From NCBI GenBank assembly GCA_964627115.1, contig CAZVHY010000015.1:1-36928 (forward strand): a stretch of DNA of 36,928 bases, read 5' to 3'. The stretch comes from an uncultured Solibacteraceae bacterium. GTDB lineage: Bacteria; Acidobacteriota; Vicinamibacteria; Vicinamibacterales; SCN-69-37. Below are positions 27,003-35,356 of the stretch, in pieces. The notes under the pieces were generated by a model that ran no database searches, was not told the origin of the DNA, and saw nothing but the letters and a program-made list of their open reading frames with translations. The number at the start of each line of letters is the position of its first letter. Positions within the stretch are counted from its first letter, which is position 1. Made by a program: the position numbers and the translations under genes.

Positions 27003-28013
27003 TCAGAAATGGTCAAAACCGTGGGGAAGTGGTACGCGGGCGCCGGATTCGTCCCCGAGCCACGCGCCGTTCCCGCGCTCGAAGACGCCCACACGCGAGA
27101 CGGCCAGCGCGCCGCTTCGCCGCGCCGCCGCGAGGAACCGCGAGCGCCGCCGCGCAGGCACCACGAAGGCGAGCTCATAGTCCTCACCGCCGCCGAGGAT
27201 CAGCTCGATTGGGCGCCGGCCGAGGCGCGCGGCAATGGCGGCAATGCCGGCGTGCACGGGAATGGCCGCGGCATCGACGACGATGCTCAGGCCGGCCGCG
27301 GCGGCCAGCGACGTCGCGGCGTTCGCAAGACCATCCGACAGATCCATGGCCGCTGACGCGGCACTCGTGCGCGCGACGATGCGACCGATGCGGAGGCGCG
27401 GGTCGGGGCGCTCGTGCCACTCGACGCATGCGCGCTCGTCGCTGGAGAGCGCGTCGCGTGCGATCCCGCCGGTGAGAACGGCGAGGCCGGCCGCCGACAT
27501 GCCCGGCGCTCCGGTGACGTACAGCTCGTCGCCCTCGCGCGCGCCGGCGCGCCGCAGCACGCGTCGGGGCCGCGCGCTGCCGAGGACGGTGACATCGACG
27601 ACGAGCGGGCCCGGCGATCGCGCGATGTTGCCACCGACGAGCGGCGTGCGCGATCGCATCGACAACTCCAGATAGCCGTCGACGAGCGCGTCGAAGTCGT
27701 CGAGCGGAAGCGTCGGCGGCAGGGCGAGGCTGAGCAGCGAGACGCGCGGCGTGGCGCCCATGGCGGCGATATCGCTCAGGTTGACCGCCAAGGCCTTGTG
27801 TCCGATGGCCGACGCCGGCGTCCAGTCGCGCCTGAAGTGCACGCCTTCGATCAGGCTGTCGGTGGTCACGACCGTGTGCATGCCGCGCTCGGGTTCGACG
27901 ACGGCCGCATCGTCGCCGATCCCCAGGCGGACGTAGTCGGGAACGGGCGCCACGCGCGCGTGCAGACGCGCGATCAGCGCGCGCTCACCGATGGATGCAA
28001 CGGTATCGGACAT
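27003..28013 (-). CDS. thiL: Thiamine-monophosphate kinase
   Basis: ORF 27003..28097 trimmed to ATG 28013 (MSDTVASIGERALIARL...). 336 aa. AIR-synthase-like ThiL motifs are present (GIGDDAAVV, VVTTDSLIEGVHF, NLSDIAAMGA). Confidence 0.9.
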   Translation of the reverse strand: MSDTVASIGERALIARLHARVAPVPDYVRLGIGDDAAVVEPERGMHTVVTTDSLIEGVHFRRDWTPASAIGHKALAVNLSDIAAMGATPRVSLLSLALPPTLPLDDFDALVDGYLELSMRSRTPLVGGNIARSPGPLVVDVTVLGSARPRRVLRRAGAREGDELYVTGAPGMSAAGLAVLTGGIARDALSSDERACVEWHERPDPRLRIGRIVARTSAASAAMDLSDGLANAATSLAAAAGLSIVVDAAAIPVHAGIAAIAARLGRRPIELILGGGEDYELAFVVPARRRSRFLAAARRSGALAVSRVGVFERGNGAWLGDESGARVPLPHGFDHF

Positions 28014-28035
28014 GGAGTCGGGCAGGGCAGGCGGG

Positions 28036-28230
28036 AGAAGGTCCCCGCTTTGCCGTGTGGGGAGGTCGCATGAACCTGCTAGTGCAGGTGGAGCCACTGT
28101 ATAAGTCGCGCTTCAGGCTTCCTCACCACGGAGGCATGCACACCACGCAACGTCGCGGCTCGCTTGGGAGTAGAACATCGGCTCAAGCGACGCTCCGAAA
28201 CCATCACGCACAAAGCAGGGAGTCGGAACA
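28036..28230 (-). ncRNA. ssrS: 6S RNA (ends approximate, +/-10 nt)
   Basis: This is a non-coding gap between zapA and thiL. The minus strand has CUUGAGCCGAUGUUCUACUCC, GGUGUGCAUGCCUCCGUGGUGAGGAAGCCUGAAGCGCGAC and CACCUGCACUAGCAGGUUCAUGCG in the order and spacing of the E. coli 6S segments as I recall them. The termini pair: 28211-28220 with 28043-28052, 10/10 including one G-U. GGAGCGUCGC pairs with GCGACCUCC, and GAGCC with GGCUC, around an open central bubble. zapA-ssrS synteny is known from E. coli. Confidence 0.7.
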
Positions 28231-28236
28231 CGATCG

Positions 28237-28265
28237 ATGGTAGCCGACCGTCACTGGCGGCACAA
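28237..28265 (-). promoter_or_regulatory. Candidate promoter for the 6S RNA
   Basis: The minus strand reads TTGTGC (28265-28260), a 17-nt spacer, TACCAT (28242-28237). The predicted start about 7 nt downstream coincides with the 5' end inferred from the closing helix. Confidence 0.3.
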
Positions 28266-28273
28266 GAGCGAAT

Positions 28274-28294
28274 CGTGCGGCGTTGTGCCGCACG
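28274..28294 (-). terminator. Perfect 8-bp hairpin just after zapA (terminator or processing site)
   Basis: CGTGCGGC-gttgt-GCCGCACG. On the minus strand it is followed by AUUCGCUCUU, a weak U-tract. Confidence 0.35.
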
Positions 28295-28306
28295 CCGATC
28301 GAACGT

Positions 28307-28618
28307 TCACTCGTTGACGGCCAGGCGCATGCGTGCTTCGTCGAGCACGGAATCGACGAGCCGCTCGATCGCTTCGGCGCGCGCGTGCAGGCGCCCTTCG
28401 ATGCCGCGCGAGTCGGCTCGCGCGCGGTACAACTCGTCGGTGATGTTCAGCGCCGCGATGACGGCAATCCTGAGCGGATCGCCGCTGGCGAGCTCGCGCG
28501 CCGCGTCGTGCATCTTCTGGTCGAGGTACCCCGCCAGTTCCGCGATGTACTGGGCGTCGAGCTCGCTGCGGACCGCGTAGCGCTGACCGTGAATCTCGAC
28601 GTGCACCAGTTGCGACAT
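28307..28618 (-). CDS. zapA: Cell division protein ZapA
   Basis: ORF 28307..28924 trimmed to ATG 28618. 103 aa. The sequence MSQLVHVEIHGQRYAVRSELDAQYIAELAGYLDQKM...AALNITDEL fits the ZapA pattern. Confidence 0.85.
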   Translation of the reverse strand: MSQLVHVEIHGQRYAVRSELDAQYIAELAGYLDQKMHDAARELASGDPLRIAVIAALNITDELYRARADSRGIEGRLHARAEAIERLVDSVLDEARMRLAVNE

Positions 28619-28626
28619 GGACACCC

Positions 28627-28902
28627 TCAGAGGTTGAGCTTGTCGATCTGCGCGATCATCTGGCCGACGCGCTCGCGGATGAGGTCGCGCTCCTCGCGCA
28701 GCGACCCGAGCTCGGCAGACACGGTGCTGAACTCGGCGAGTTTTGCGCGGCTGGCGTCGAGCTCCTGCTGCAGCTTCGCGACGTCGTTGGCGGCCTTCTC
28801 GCGCTCGGCGCGCAGGCCGTCGATGACCCCGACCAGTTGCCGGACCTTTTCTTCGAGGCGATCGATCGGCAGGACTTCGGTGCTCGTACCCGTTCGTGAC
28901 AT
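28627..28902 (-). CDS. Small coiled-coil protein, ZapB-like
   Basis: 91 aa with heptad-rich sequence (LEEKVRQLVGVIDGLRAEREKAANDVAKLQQELD...). It lies 8 nt upstream of zapA. SD GGAG. Confidence 0.55.
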   Translation of the reverse strand: MSRTGTSTEVLPIDRLEEKVRQLVGVIDGLRAEREKAANDVAKLQQELDASRAKLAEFSTVSAELGSLREERDLIRERVGQMIAQIDKLNL

Positions 28903-28917
28903 CGTCAGACTCCAGCG

Positions 28918-28936
28918 GTCCCACGCGCGGTGGGAC
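28918..28936 (-). terminator. Short perfect hairpin between pheT and zapB
   Basis: GTCCCAC-gcgcg-GTGGGAC. There is no U-tract, so its function is uncertain. Confidence 0.25.
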
Positions 28937-28956
28937 AGATCCTGTTGGAAGACGCG

Positions 28957-30951
28957 CTACCTGCCGCGCAGGGTCGCGTGATGTGTGCGCGCCAGCGCAT
29001 CGACGACCGCGTCGACGGCCTGCTGGACTTCCGCGTCGGTCAACGTGCGTTCGGCGTGCCGGAAGGTGAGGCGAATCGAGAGACTGACCTGCCCGGCCGG
29101 CACACCCTTGCCCTGATATCGATCGAACTCGCGAACAGCCACGAGTGTTGCGGGAGCGCTGGAGCGGATAGTGCCACGAACCTCGGCGGCTGGCAAGCGT
29201 TCGTCGACGAGAATCGACAGATCGCGTACGGCCGACGGGAAGCGCGGCAGCGGACGAATCTCGCGCACGCTGCCGGCGGCCGCACGGCTGAGGATGTCGA
29301 GCTCGAGCTCGCCCGCGTACACCGGGCCGTCGATCGCGGGTGTGTGTGCGAGACGGCCGATCCAGCCGGCTCGACGTGCGCCCACGAGCACTTCGGCGCG
29401 TTCGCCCCTGACGAGCCAGTTCAGGTCGTCGGCCGCACCGACCGTGATCGGCGTACCGAGCGCTTCAGCCACGAGCTCGGCGAGTCCGCGCGTGTCGGCG
29501 AACGTAACAGGGCCGCTGTCGCCGCTCCAATGCGCGCCGCGCGAACCGCTCAGCACCCAGCCAACGGCCGCGCGCTCGCCGCGCGTCGACGAGAAAATCG
29601 AACCGACCTCGAACAGCCGGACATCGGCGGCCTGACGATTGCGGTTGTAGGCGAGCGACTCGCACAGGCCGGCGACGATCGACGGCCGCAGCACGGCGAA
29701 CTTCTCCGACAGCGGATTGGTGATGGTCACCGCATCGCCGATGAGGAACGGCGCGGCCGACGCCGCGTCGATGAACGTGAACGTCACCGCTTCCTGCACA
29801 CCCGCGCCGCAGAGCGTGCGCCGCACCAGGCGGCCACGCGCCACACCCGGCGCTGGCGGCCGTGGGACCGACGCGAGCGCGGGGAAGTGGGCCGGAATGC
29901 GATCGAGGCCCCAGTGACGGCCGATCTCTTCGATGAGGTCGATTTCGCGCGTGACGTCGACGCGGAACGACGGCACGGTCACATGCCAGCCGCCGTCGGC
30001 AGGCGTCGTCACGAAATTGAGACGCGCGAGCACACGCGCGACGTCGGCGTCTGGAACGGGCGTGCCAAGCACGGTGGCGAGACGCTGACGCCGAAGTGTC
30101 ACCACGCGAGGCTCGGTCGTTCGCGGGGAGACGTCGGACACACCACCGGCAACGGTGCCTGCGCCAATCTCGACGAGCAGCGCCAGCGCGCGACGGAGCG
30201 CCACGACGGGCGCGTTGATGTCTGCGCCGCGCTCGAAGCGCGCCGAGGCTTCCGTCTTCAGGCCGAGACGCCGGCCAGTGACGCGCACGGTGGCCGGCAG
30301 GAACCACGCGCTTTCGAAGGCGACGCGCGTGGTTGACGCCGAGACCTCGGACGACGCGCCGCCCATCACGCCGGCAACGGCCACCGCGCGCTCGCGATCG
30401 GCAATCACGAGCATGGTCTCGTCGAGCGTGCGATCGACGCCGTCGAGCGTGGTCAGCACTTCGCCGGCACGCGCGCGACGCACGTGCAGTTCGGGGCCGG
30501 CCAGGCGCGCCACGTCGAACGCGTGCATCGGCTGGCCCGTTTCGATCATCACGTAGTTGGTGATGTCGACGATGTTGTTGATGGGACGGACGCCAGCGGC
30601 CGAGAGTCGATCGGCGAGCCACGCCGGCGACGGGCCCACGCGCACGTCGGCGACCGCCAGTGCATAACGTCCGCAACCGGTGTCGGCGATCGAGACGCGC
30701 AGCGGCGCCGTGCCCGCCGGCACGGGCGCGAGCTGCAGCGGTTTCAGCGGCGTATCGAAGGCCGCCGACGCCTCGCGCGCCAGGCCGTACACCGACAGCG
30801 CGTCGGGACGATTGGCCGTGACGTCGAAGTCGACCACGTCGCCTTCGATGCCGTCGACGGCAAAGCCGCAGGCCGCGAGCCGCGCGGCGACGGGCGTCGG
30901 ATCATCGGCAATCGCGACGAAGTCGCGCATCCAGGAGACCGGCACCTTCAT
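28957..30951 (-). CDS. pheT: Phenylalanine--tRNA ligase beta subunit, short form lacking the B2 OB-fold domain
   Basis: 664 aa. MKVPVSWMRDFV... (B1) is followed within about 40 aa by DFDVTANRPDALSVYGLAREA. The B3/4, B5, B6/7 and C-terminal FDX-ACB regions are present. Confidence 0.95.
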   Translation of the reverse strand: MKVPVSWMRDFVAIADDPTPVAARLAACGFAVDGIEGDVVDFDVTANRPDALSVYGLAREASAAFDTPLKPLQLAPVPAGTAPLRVSIADTGCGRYALAVADVRVGPSPAWLADRLSAAGVRPINNIVDITNYVMIETGQPMHAFDVARLAGPELHVRRARAGEVLTTLDGVDRTLDETMLVIADRERAVAVAGVMGGASSEVSASTTRVAFESAWFLPATVRVTGRRLGLKTEASARFERGADINAPVVALRRALALLVEIGAGTVAGGVSDVSPRTTEPRVVTLRRQRLATVLGTPVPDADVARVLARLNFVTTPADGGWHVTVPSFRVDVTREIDLIEEIGRHWGLDRIPAHFPALASVPRPPAPGVARGRLVRRTLCGAGVQEAVTFTFIDAASAAPFLIGDAVTITNPLSEKFAVLRPSIVAGLCESLAYNRNRQAADVRLFEVGSIFSSTRGERAAVGWVLSGSRGAHWSGDSGPVTFADTRGLAELVAEALGTPITVGAADDLNWLVRGERAEVLVGARRAGWIGRLAHTPAIDGPVYAGELELDILSRAAAGSVREIRPLPRFPSAVRDLSILVDERLPAAEVRGTIRSSAPATLVAVREFDRYQGKGVPAGQVSLSIRLTFRHAERTLTDAEVQQAVDAVVDALARTHHATLRGR

Positions 30952-31991
30952 GGCGCGAGCTGCTCCAGGAACCGCAGGTCGTTTTCGTAGAACATGCGGA
31001 TGTCGTCGACGCCGTAGAGGCGGAGCGCGAGGCGCTCGATGCCGACACCGAAGGCAAAGCCCGTGTACTTCTCCGGGTCGTATCCGACGGCTTCGAACAC
31101 GGCCGGATGCACCATGCCGCAGCCGAGCACTTCAATCCATCCCGTGTGCTTGCAGAGTGGGCAGCCGCGGCCGCTGCAGCCCTGGCACTCCACGTCGAGC
31201 TCGGCCGAGGGTTCCGTGTACGGGAAGAAGCTCGGACGCAGGCGCGTCTTCACGCTCGCCTCGAAGAAGCGATCGGCAAACGCCTGCAGCGTGCCCTTGA
31301 GGTCGCCGAGGCTGATGCCTTCGTCGACGACGAGCCCTTCGACCTGGGTGAACATGGGCGTGTGCGTCGCGTCGAAGTTGTCGCGACGATAGACGCGGCC
31401 CGGTGCGATCAGGCGCACGGGCGGCGGAAATGCCTCCATGTAGCGGATCTGCATGCCCGACGTGTGCGTGCGCAGCAGGCTCGCACGCCGGCCCTTGTCG
31501 TCAGCAGGCATCGGCGACGACAGGTACAGCGTGTCCTGCATGTCGCGCGCCGGGTGTTCCGCCGGCATGTTCAGCGCTTCGAAGTTGTGCCAGTCGTCTT
31601 CGAGCTCCGGGCCCTCGATGATCTGGTAGCCCATGCCCGCGAAGATGTCCTCGATGCGTTCACGCACCTGCGTGAGCGGATGACGACGGCCGAGCGCGGG
31701 CATCCGTCCGGGCAGCGTGACGTCGACGCCGCTCACGAACGCGTCGGCCTCGGCGGCCTGTTCGCGAGCGACCAGGAGCGCCTCGATATCGGTCTTGAGG
31801 GCATTGACGGCCGCGCCGAACGTGCGGCGTTCGTCGGGCGTCAGCGACCCGAGCGACTTGAGCAGGGCGGTGACGGCGCCTGCCTTGCGTCCGAGGAACC
31901 GATCGCGGATGGCCTTGACGTCGGCAGGAGTTCTGGCACCAGCGAGGGCGGCGTCGAAGTCGGCTCGGATCGCAGTGAGATCGGAGGACAT
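30948..31991 (-). CDS. pheS: Phenylalanine--tRNA ligase alpha subunit
   Basis: 347 aa with class II motifs (FPYTEPS, GCGMVHP, AFGVGIERLA). ATGA overlap with pheT. Confidence 0.95.
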   Translation of the reverse strand: MSSDLTAIRADFDAALAGARTPADVKAIRDRFLGRKAGAVTALLKSLGSLTPDERRTFGAAVNALKTDIEALLVAREQAAEADAFVSGVDVTLPGRMPALGRRHPLTQVRERIEDIFAGMGYQIIEGPELEDDWHNFEALNMPAEHPARDMQDTLYLSSPMPADDKGRRASLLRTHTSGMQIRYMEAFPPPVRLIAPGRVYRRDNFDATHTPMFTQVEGLVVDEGISLGDLKGTLQAFADRFFEASVKTRLRPSFFPYTEPSAELDVECQGCSGRGCPLCKHTGWIEVLGCGMVHPAVFEAVGYDPEKYTGFAFGVGIERLALRLYGVDDIRMFYENDLRFLEQLAP

Positions 31992-32040
31992 GGGCGGCGA
32001 GAATCGGATGGAGTTGGAAGCTGGATGTACCTGACCAAAT

Positions 32041-32098
32041 GTAGGGGCCGGCCTTGTGCCGGCCCGAACGCGTGGGCGGACACAAGGTCCGCCCCTAC
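32041..32098. repeat. Inverted doublet of REP-like hairpin units between rplT and pheS
   Basis: GTAGGGGCCGGCCTTGTGCCGGCCC ... GGGCGGACACAAGGTCCGCCCCTAC. Each unit is itself a hairpin (GGGCGGAC-n5-GTCCGCCC type) and the two units are mutually inverted. Confidence 0.65.
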
Positions 32099-32102
32099 AT
32101 CT

Positions 32103-32122
32103 CTTGTCTTCTAACTTCTGCC
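32103..32122 (-). repeat. Partial copy of the CAGAAGTTAG element abutting the rplT stop
   Basis: The minus strand reads GGCAGAAGTTAGAAGACAAG. It matches the core of the 33-nt element at 32511-32543. Confidence 0.4.
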
Positions 32123-32123
32123 G

Positions 32124-32492
32124 CTACGCCGTAGCGGCCGCGCGCGCGCCCTGGGCCTTGCTGGCCAGCGCGGCGAAGGCGTCGGGGTGGTTGACGGCCA
32201 GGTCGGCGAGGTTACGCCGATCGACCTCGATGCCCGCGCCCTGCAGGCCGTTGATCAACTGCCCGTAGGTCAGGCCGTTGGCGCGCGCGGCGGCGTTGAT
32301 GCGGACGATCCACAGGCGGCGGAAGTCGCGCTTCTTGCGGCGACGGCCGGCGTAGGCGTAGTTGAGCGCCTTGTCGACGGCTTCCTGCGCGGCCTGGTAC
32401 AGCTTGCTCTTGGTGGCGTAGAACCCCTTGGCGCGCTTCAGCAGCTTGTGGCGCTTGGCGCGGCGAACGGTTCCTCTTTTGACGCGGGGCAT
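32124..32492 (-). CDS. rplT: 50S ribosomal protein L20
   Basis: 122 aa. [32 protein letters not shown]... SD GAGAGGA. Confidence 0.97.
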   Translation of the reverse strand: MPRVKRGTVRRAKRHKLLKRAKGFYATKSKLYQAAQEAVDKALNYAYAGRRRKKRDFRRLWIVRINAAARANGLTYGQLINGLQGAGIEVDRRNLADLAVNHPDAFAALASKAQGARAAATA

Positions 32493-32510
32493 GGGATCCT
32501 CTCGAAACGA

Positions 32511-32543
32511 ACTTCTGGCTTCTGGCCGCTAACTTCTGGCTTG
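32511..32543 (-). repeat. 33-nt element (minus strand CAAGCCAGAAGTTAGCGGCCAGAAGCCAGAAGT) in the rpmI-rplT spacer
   Basis: 28/33 identical to 35459-35491 in the same orientation. Also 28/33 to 35357-35389 in the opposite orientation. Confidence 0.7.
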
Positions 32544-32548
32544 TTGTC

Positions 32549-32746
32549 CTAGTCGTACGGCAGCATGCGCTTCAGCTTGGCGGTGTCGGCGGGCGACACC
32601 AGTTCGGTGCCGCGCATCTGGCGCTTGCGGCGCGTCGGCTTGCTCGTGAGGATGTGGCGCTTGAACGCCTTCGACCGCACGAACTTGCCGGTTCCGGTCT
32701 TCTTGAAGCGCTTGGCGGCGCCGCGGTGACTCTTCAGCTTGGGCAT
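32549..32746 (-). CDS. rpmI: 50S ribosomal protein L35
   Basis: ORF 32549..32833 trimmed to ATG 32746. 65 aa. [24 protein letters not shown]... SD GAGGAC. Confidence 0.95.
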   Translation of the reverse strand: MPKLKSHRGAAKRFKKTGTGKFVRSKAFKRHILTSKPTRRKRQMRGTELVSPADTAKLKRMLPYD

Positions 32747-32783
32747 GATGTCCTCGAAAAACGCGTCTGACTCTGCACGGACT

Positions 32784-33377
32784 CTACGACTCGTCCACTG
32801 GCGGGGCCGCAGGCACCGCCGGTGCCGCCACACGCGGCTTGGCGCCGGGACGCGGCGCCAGAATCGTGTGCAGCTGATTGCCTTCCTTCTGCGGATTCGT
32901 CTCGGAGATGGCGATGTCCTGCAGTTCGCCGACCAGCCGTTCCAGAATCCGGTGACCGATCTCCGGGTGCGCGTTCTCGCGTCCGCGGAAGAAGATGGTC
33001 GCTTTCACCTTGTCACCATCAGCGAGGAAGCGCTCGATGTGCTTCTTCTTGAACTGATAGTCGTGTTCGTCGACCTTCGGCCGGAACTTGATCTCCTTCA
33101 CCAGAATGACCTTCTGGTGCTTTTTCGCCGACCGCGCGCGTTTCTGCTGCTCGTACTGGAACTTGCCGAAGTCCATGATCCGGCACACGGGCGGAACGGC
33201 CGTCGGCGAAATCTCGACGAGGTCCAGTCCCTTGCTGCGCGCCAGTTGCAGGGCCTGCGGCGGCGGCATGATGCCGAGCTGCGTGCCAGTTTCGTCAATC
33301 ACGCGAATTTCGCGCACGCGGATCCGTTCATTGATCCGGGTGCGGTCATCGCGTCGTGGGCCGCGATCGTAAGCGAT
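32784..33377 (-). CDS. infC: Translation initiation factor IF-3, probable ATC start, with Pro/Ala-rich C-terminal tail
   Basis: The conserved [17 protein letters not shown]-terminus extends upstream of the first canonical start (GTG 33317). No ATG/GTG/TTG occurs back to the in-frame TAA at 33434-33432. ATC 33377-33375 lies 5 nt after GAGGAGG. About 197 aa. The C-terminus continues roughly 22 aa past the usual end ([21 protein letters not shown]). Confidence 0.9.
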   Translation of the reverse strand: MAYDRGPRRDDRTRINERIRVREIRVIDETGTQLGIMPPPQALQLARSKGLDLVEISPTAVPPVCRIMDFGKFQYEQQKRARSAKKHQKVILVKEIKFRPKVDEHDYQFKKKHIERFLADGDKVKATIFFRGRENAHPEIGHRILERLVGELQDIAISETNPQKEGNQLHTILAPRPGAKPRVAAPAVPAAPPVDES

Positions 33378-33431
33378 AACTACCTCCTCAACAGTCGGAC
33401 GCCAGTCTCTCGGACGACGCCGTGATGGCCG

Positions 33432-35354
33432 TTACCGGCCACGATTGGCCACCTCCGAGAGCGCCGAGGCGAGGAACTCCTGCACGGGACGCGCCCCGAG
33501 ATCCCCCCCGGTGCGGCTGCGCACCGCAATGGTTCCCTCGGCCGCCTCCCGATCCCCCACGACCAGCATGTAGGGAATCTTCTGCAGCTGAGCCTCCCGG
33601 ATTTTATAACCGATCTTCTCCAACCGCTCGTCGAGTTCGACGCGCAGGCCGGCGGCGGCCAGTTGGGCCACCACTCCCCGGCAGTACTCGAGGTGCCGGT
33701 CGGCAATCGGCAGCACCACCATCTGCACCGGCGCCAGCCACAGCGGGAACGCGCCGGCGTAGTGCTCGATCAGCAGGGCAATGAACCGCTCGAAGCTCCC
33801 GAAAATGGCCCGGTGGATGACCACGGGGCGATGGAGCGCGTTGTCGGCGCCGACGTAGGTCAGGTCGAACCTGGCCGGCATCTGGTAGTCGAGCTGAATG
33901 GTGGCGCACTGCCAGGTGCGGCCGATGGCGTCGGTGACGTCGAAATCGATCTTCGGTCCGTAGAACGCGCCGTCGCCTTCATTGATTGTGTAGGGGACAC
34001 CGGCCGCGTCGAGCGCGCGCCTGAGCTCGGACTCGGCGTGGTCCCACGTGGCCTTCTCGCCGAGGAATTCTTCCGGGCGCGTCGACAGCTTCACCGAGAA
34101 CGTCAGGCCAAGGTCGCCGTAGACGCGCGTGACGAGCCCCAGCAGGCGCTCGACCTCTTCGCCAATCTGCGACTCCATGACGAAGCAGTGCGCGTCGTCC
34201 TGCGAGAACTGCCGGACGCGGGTGAGCCCGCCGAGCGTGCCCGACGCCTCGTTGCGGTGCAGGGCCGTCTGCTCGTGGAGCCGCAGCGGCAGGTCGCGAT
34301 AGCTGCGCTTCTCGCTGCCGAACACGAGCATGTGGCCCGGGCAGTTCATGGCCTTCACGCCCATCTCGACGTCTTCCGACTGCACCAGGAACATGTTCTG
34401 CCGGTAGTGTCCCCAGTGGCCCGACGTTTCCCAGAGCGCCTTGTTGAAGATGAGCGGTGTCTTGACTTCCGTGTACCCGGCCGGGAAGAGCACCGAGCGC
34501 ATGTAGTCGGCCAGCTGGTGATAGAGCGTCGTGCCTTTGCCCAGCCAGAACGCCGCACCGGGCGCCCAGGGATGGAACATGAACAGGCCGAGATCCTTGC
34601 CGAGCCGCCGGTGATCGCGCTTCTTCGCTTCCTCGATCCGGTGCAGGTGCTGCTTCAGGTCGTCGTCCTTGAAGAACGCCGTCCCGTAGATGCGCTGCAT
34701 CGGCTGGTTGTTCGCGTCGCCCTTCCAGTACGCGTTCGACGTCGAGACGAGCTTGAACGCCTTGAGGCGCCCGGTCGACGGCACGTGCGGGCCGACGCAG
34801 AAGTCCACGAAGGTGTCGCGATCCTTGATCGTGTAGCAGGACACGGTGGCCTGCCCCTCGGTCTTCTCACGAATCAACTGGACCTTGAGCGGTTCGCCGC
34901 GCGCTTCGAAGAACGCGATCGCGTCTTCGCGGGGCCACATCTGCCGCTCGTAGGGCAGGTCGGCCGACGCCAGCTCCTTCATCTTGGCTTCGATGCGCTC
35001 GAGATCCTCGGGCACGAAGGGACGCGGCACGACGAAGTCGTAGAAGAAGCCCTCGTCGGTGGCCGGGCCAATGCCGCACTGCACGCCCGGATAGAGAGTG
35101 GTGACGGCCGCGGCGAGCAGGTGCGCCGTCGAGTGCCGGTAGAGCACGAGCGCGTCGGGCCCATCGGGCGTGACCATCCGGAGCGAGCTATCTGACTCGA
35201 TCGGTGCCGACAGATCGACCATCCGGTCGCCGACGATGGCCGCCAGCGAACGCTTGACCAGTCCCGGCGGCAGGTGCATCCGGGCGAACTCCTGCACGGA
35301 CGTGCCCCGAGGCACCTCGCGTGCGGATCCGTCTGGCAGGGTGATGGTGATCAA
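33432..35354 (-). CDS. thrS: Threonine--tRNA ligase
   Basis: 640 aa with a TTG start (MITITLPDGS...). TGS, editing, class II core and anticodon-binding regions are recognisable. Confidence 0.95.
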   Translation of the reverse strand: MITITLPDGSAREVPRGTSVQEFARMHLPPGLVKRSLAAIVGDRMVDLSAPIESDSSLRMVTPDGPDALVLYRHSTAHLLAAAVTTLYPGVQCGIGPATDEGFFYDFVVPRPFVPEDLERIEAKMKELASADLPYERQMWPREDAIAFFEARGEPLKVQLIREKTEGQATVSCYTIKDRDTFVDFCVGPHVPSTGRLKAFKLVSTSNAYWKGDANNQPMQRIYGTAFFKDDDLKQHLHRIEEAKKRDHRRLGKDLGLFMFHPWAPGAAFWLGKGTTLYHQLADYMRSVLFPAGYTEVKTPLIFNKALWETSGHWGHYRQNMFLVQSEDVEMGVKAMNCPGHMLVFGSEKRSYRDLPLRLHEQTALHRNEASGTLGGLTRVRQFSQDDAHCFVMESQIGEEVERLLGLVTRVYGDLGLTFSVKLSTRPEEFLGEKATWDHAESELRRALDAAGVPYTINEGDGAFYGPKIDFDVTDAIGRTWQCATIQLDYQMPARFDLTYVGADNALHRPVVIHRAIFGSFERFIALLIEHYAGAFPLWLAPVQMVVLPIADRHLEYCRGVVAQLAAAGLRVELDERLEKIGYKIREAQLQKIPYMLVVGDREAAEGTIAVRSRTGGDLGARPVQEFLASALSEVANRGR

Positions 35355-35356
35355 GG

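Noticed and set aside
28014-28306. TPP riboswitch or leader upstream of thiL
   Set aside because: No CUGAGA/ACCUGA TPP core is present. The sequence is better explained as a 6S RNA.
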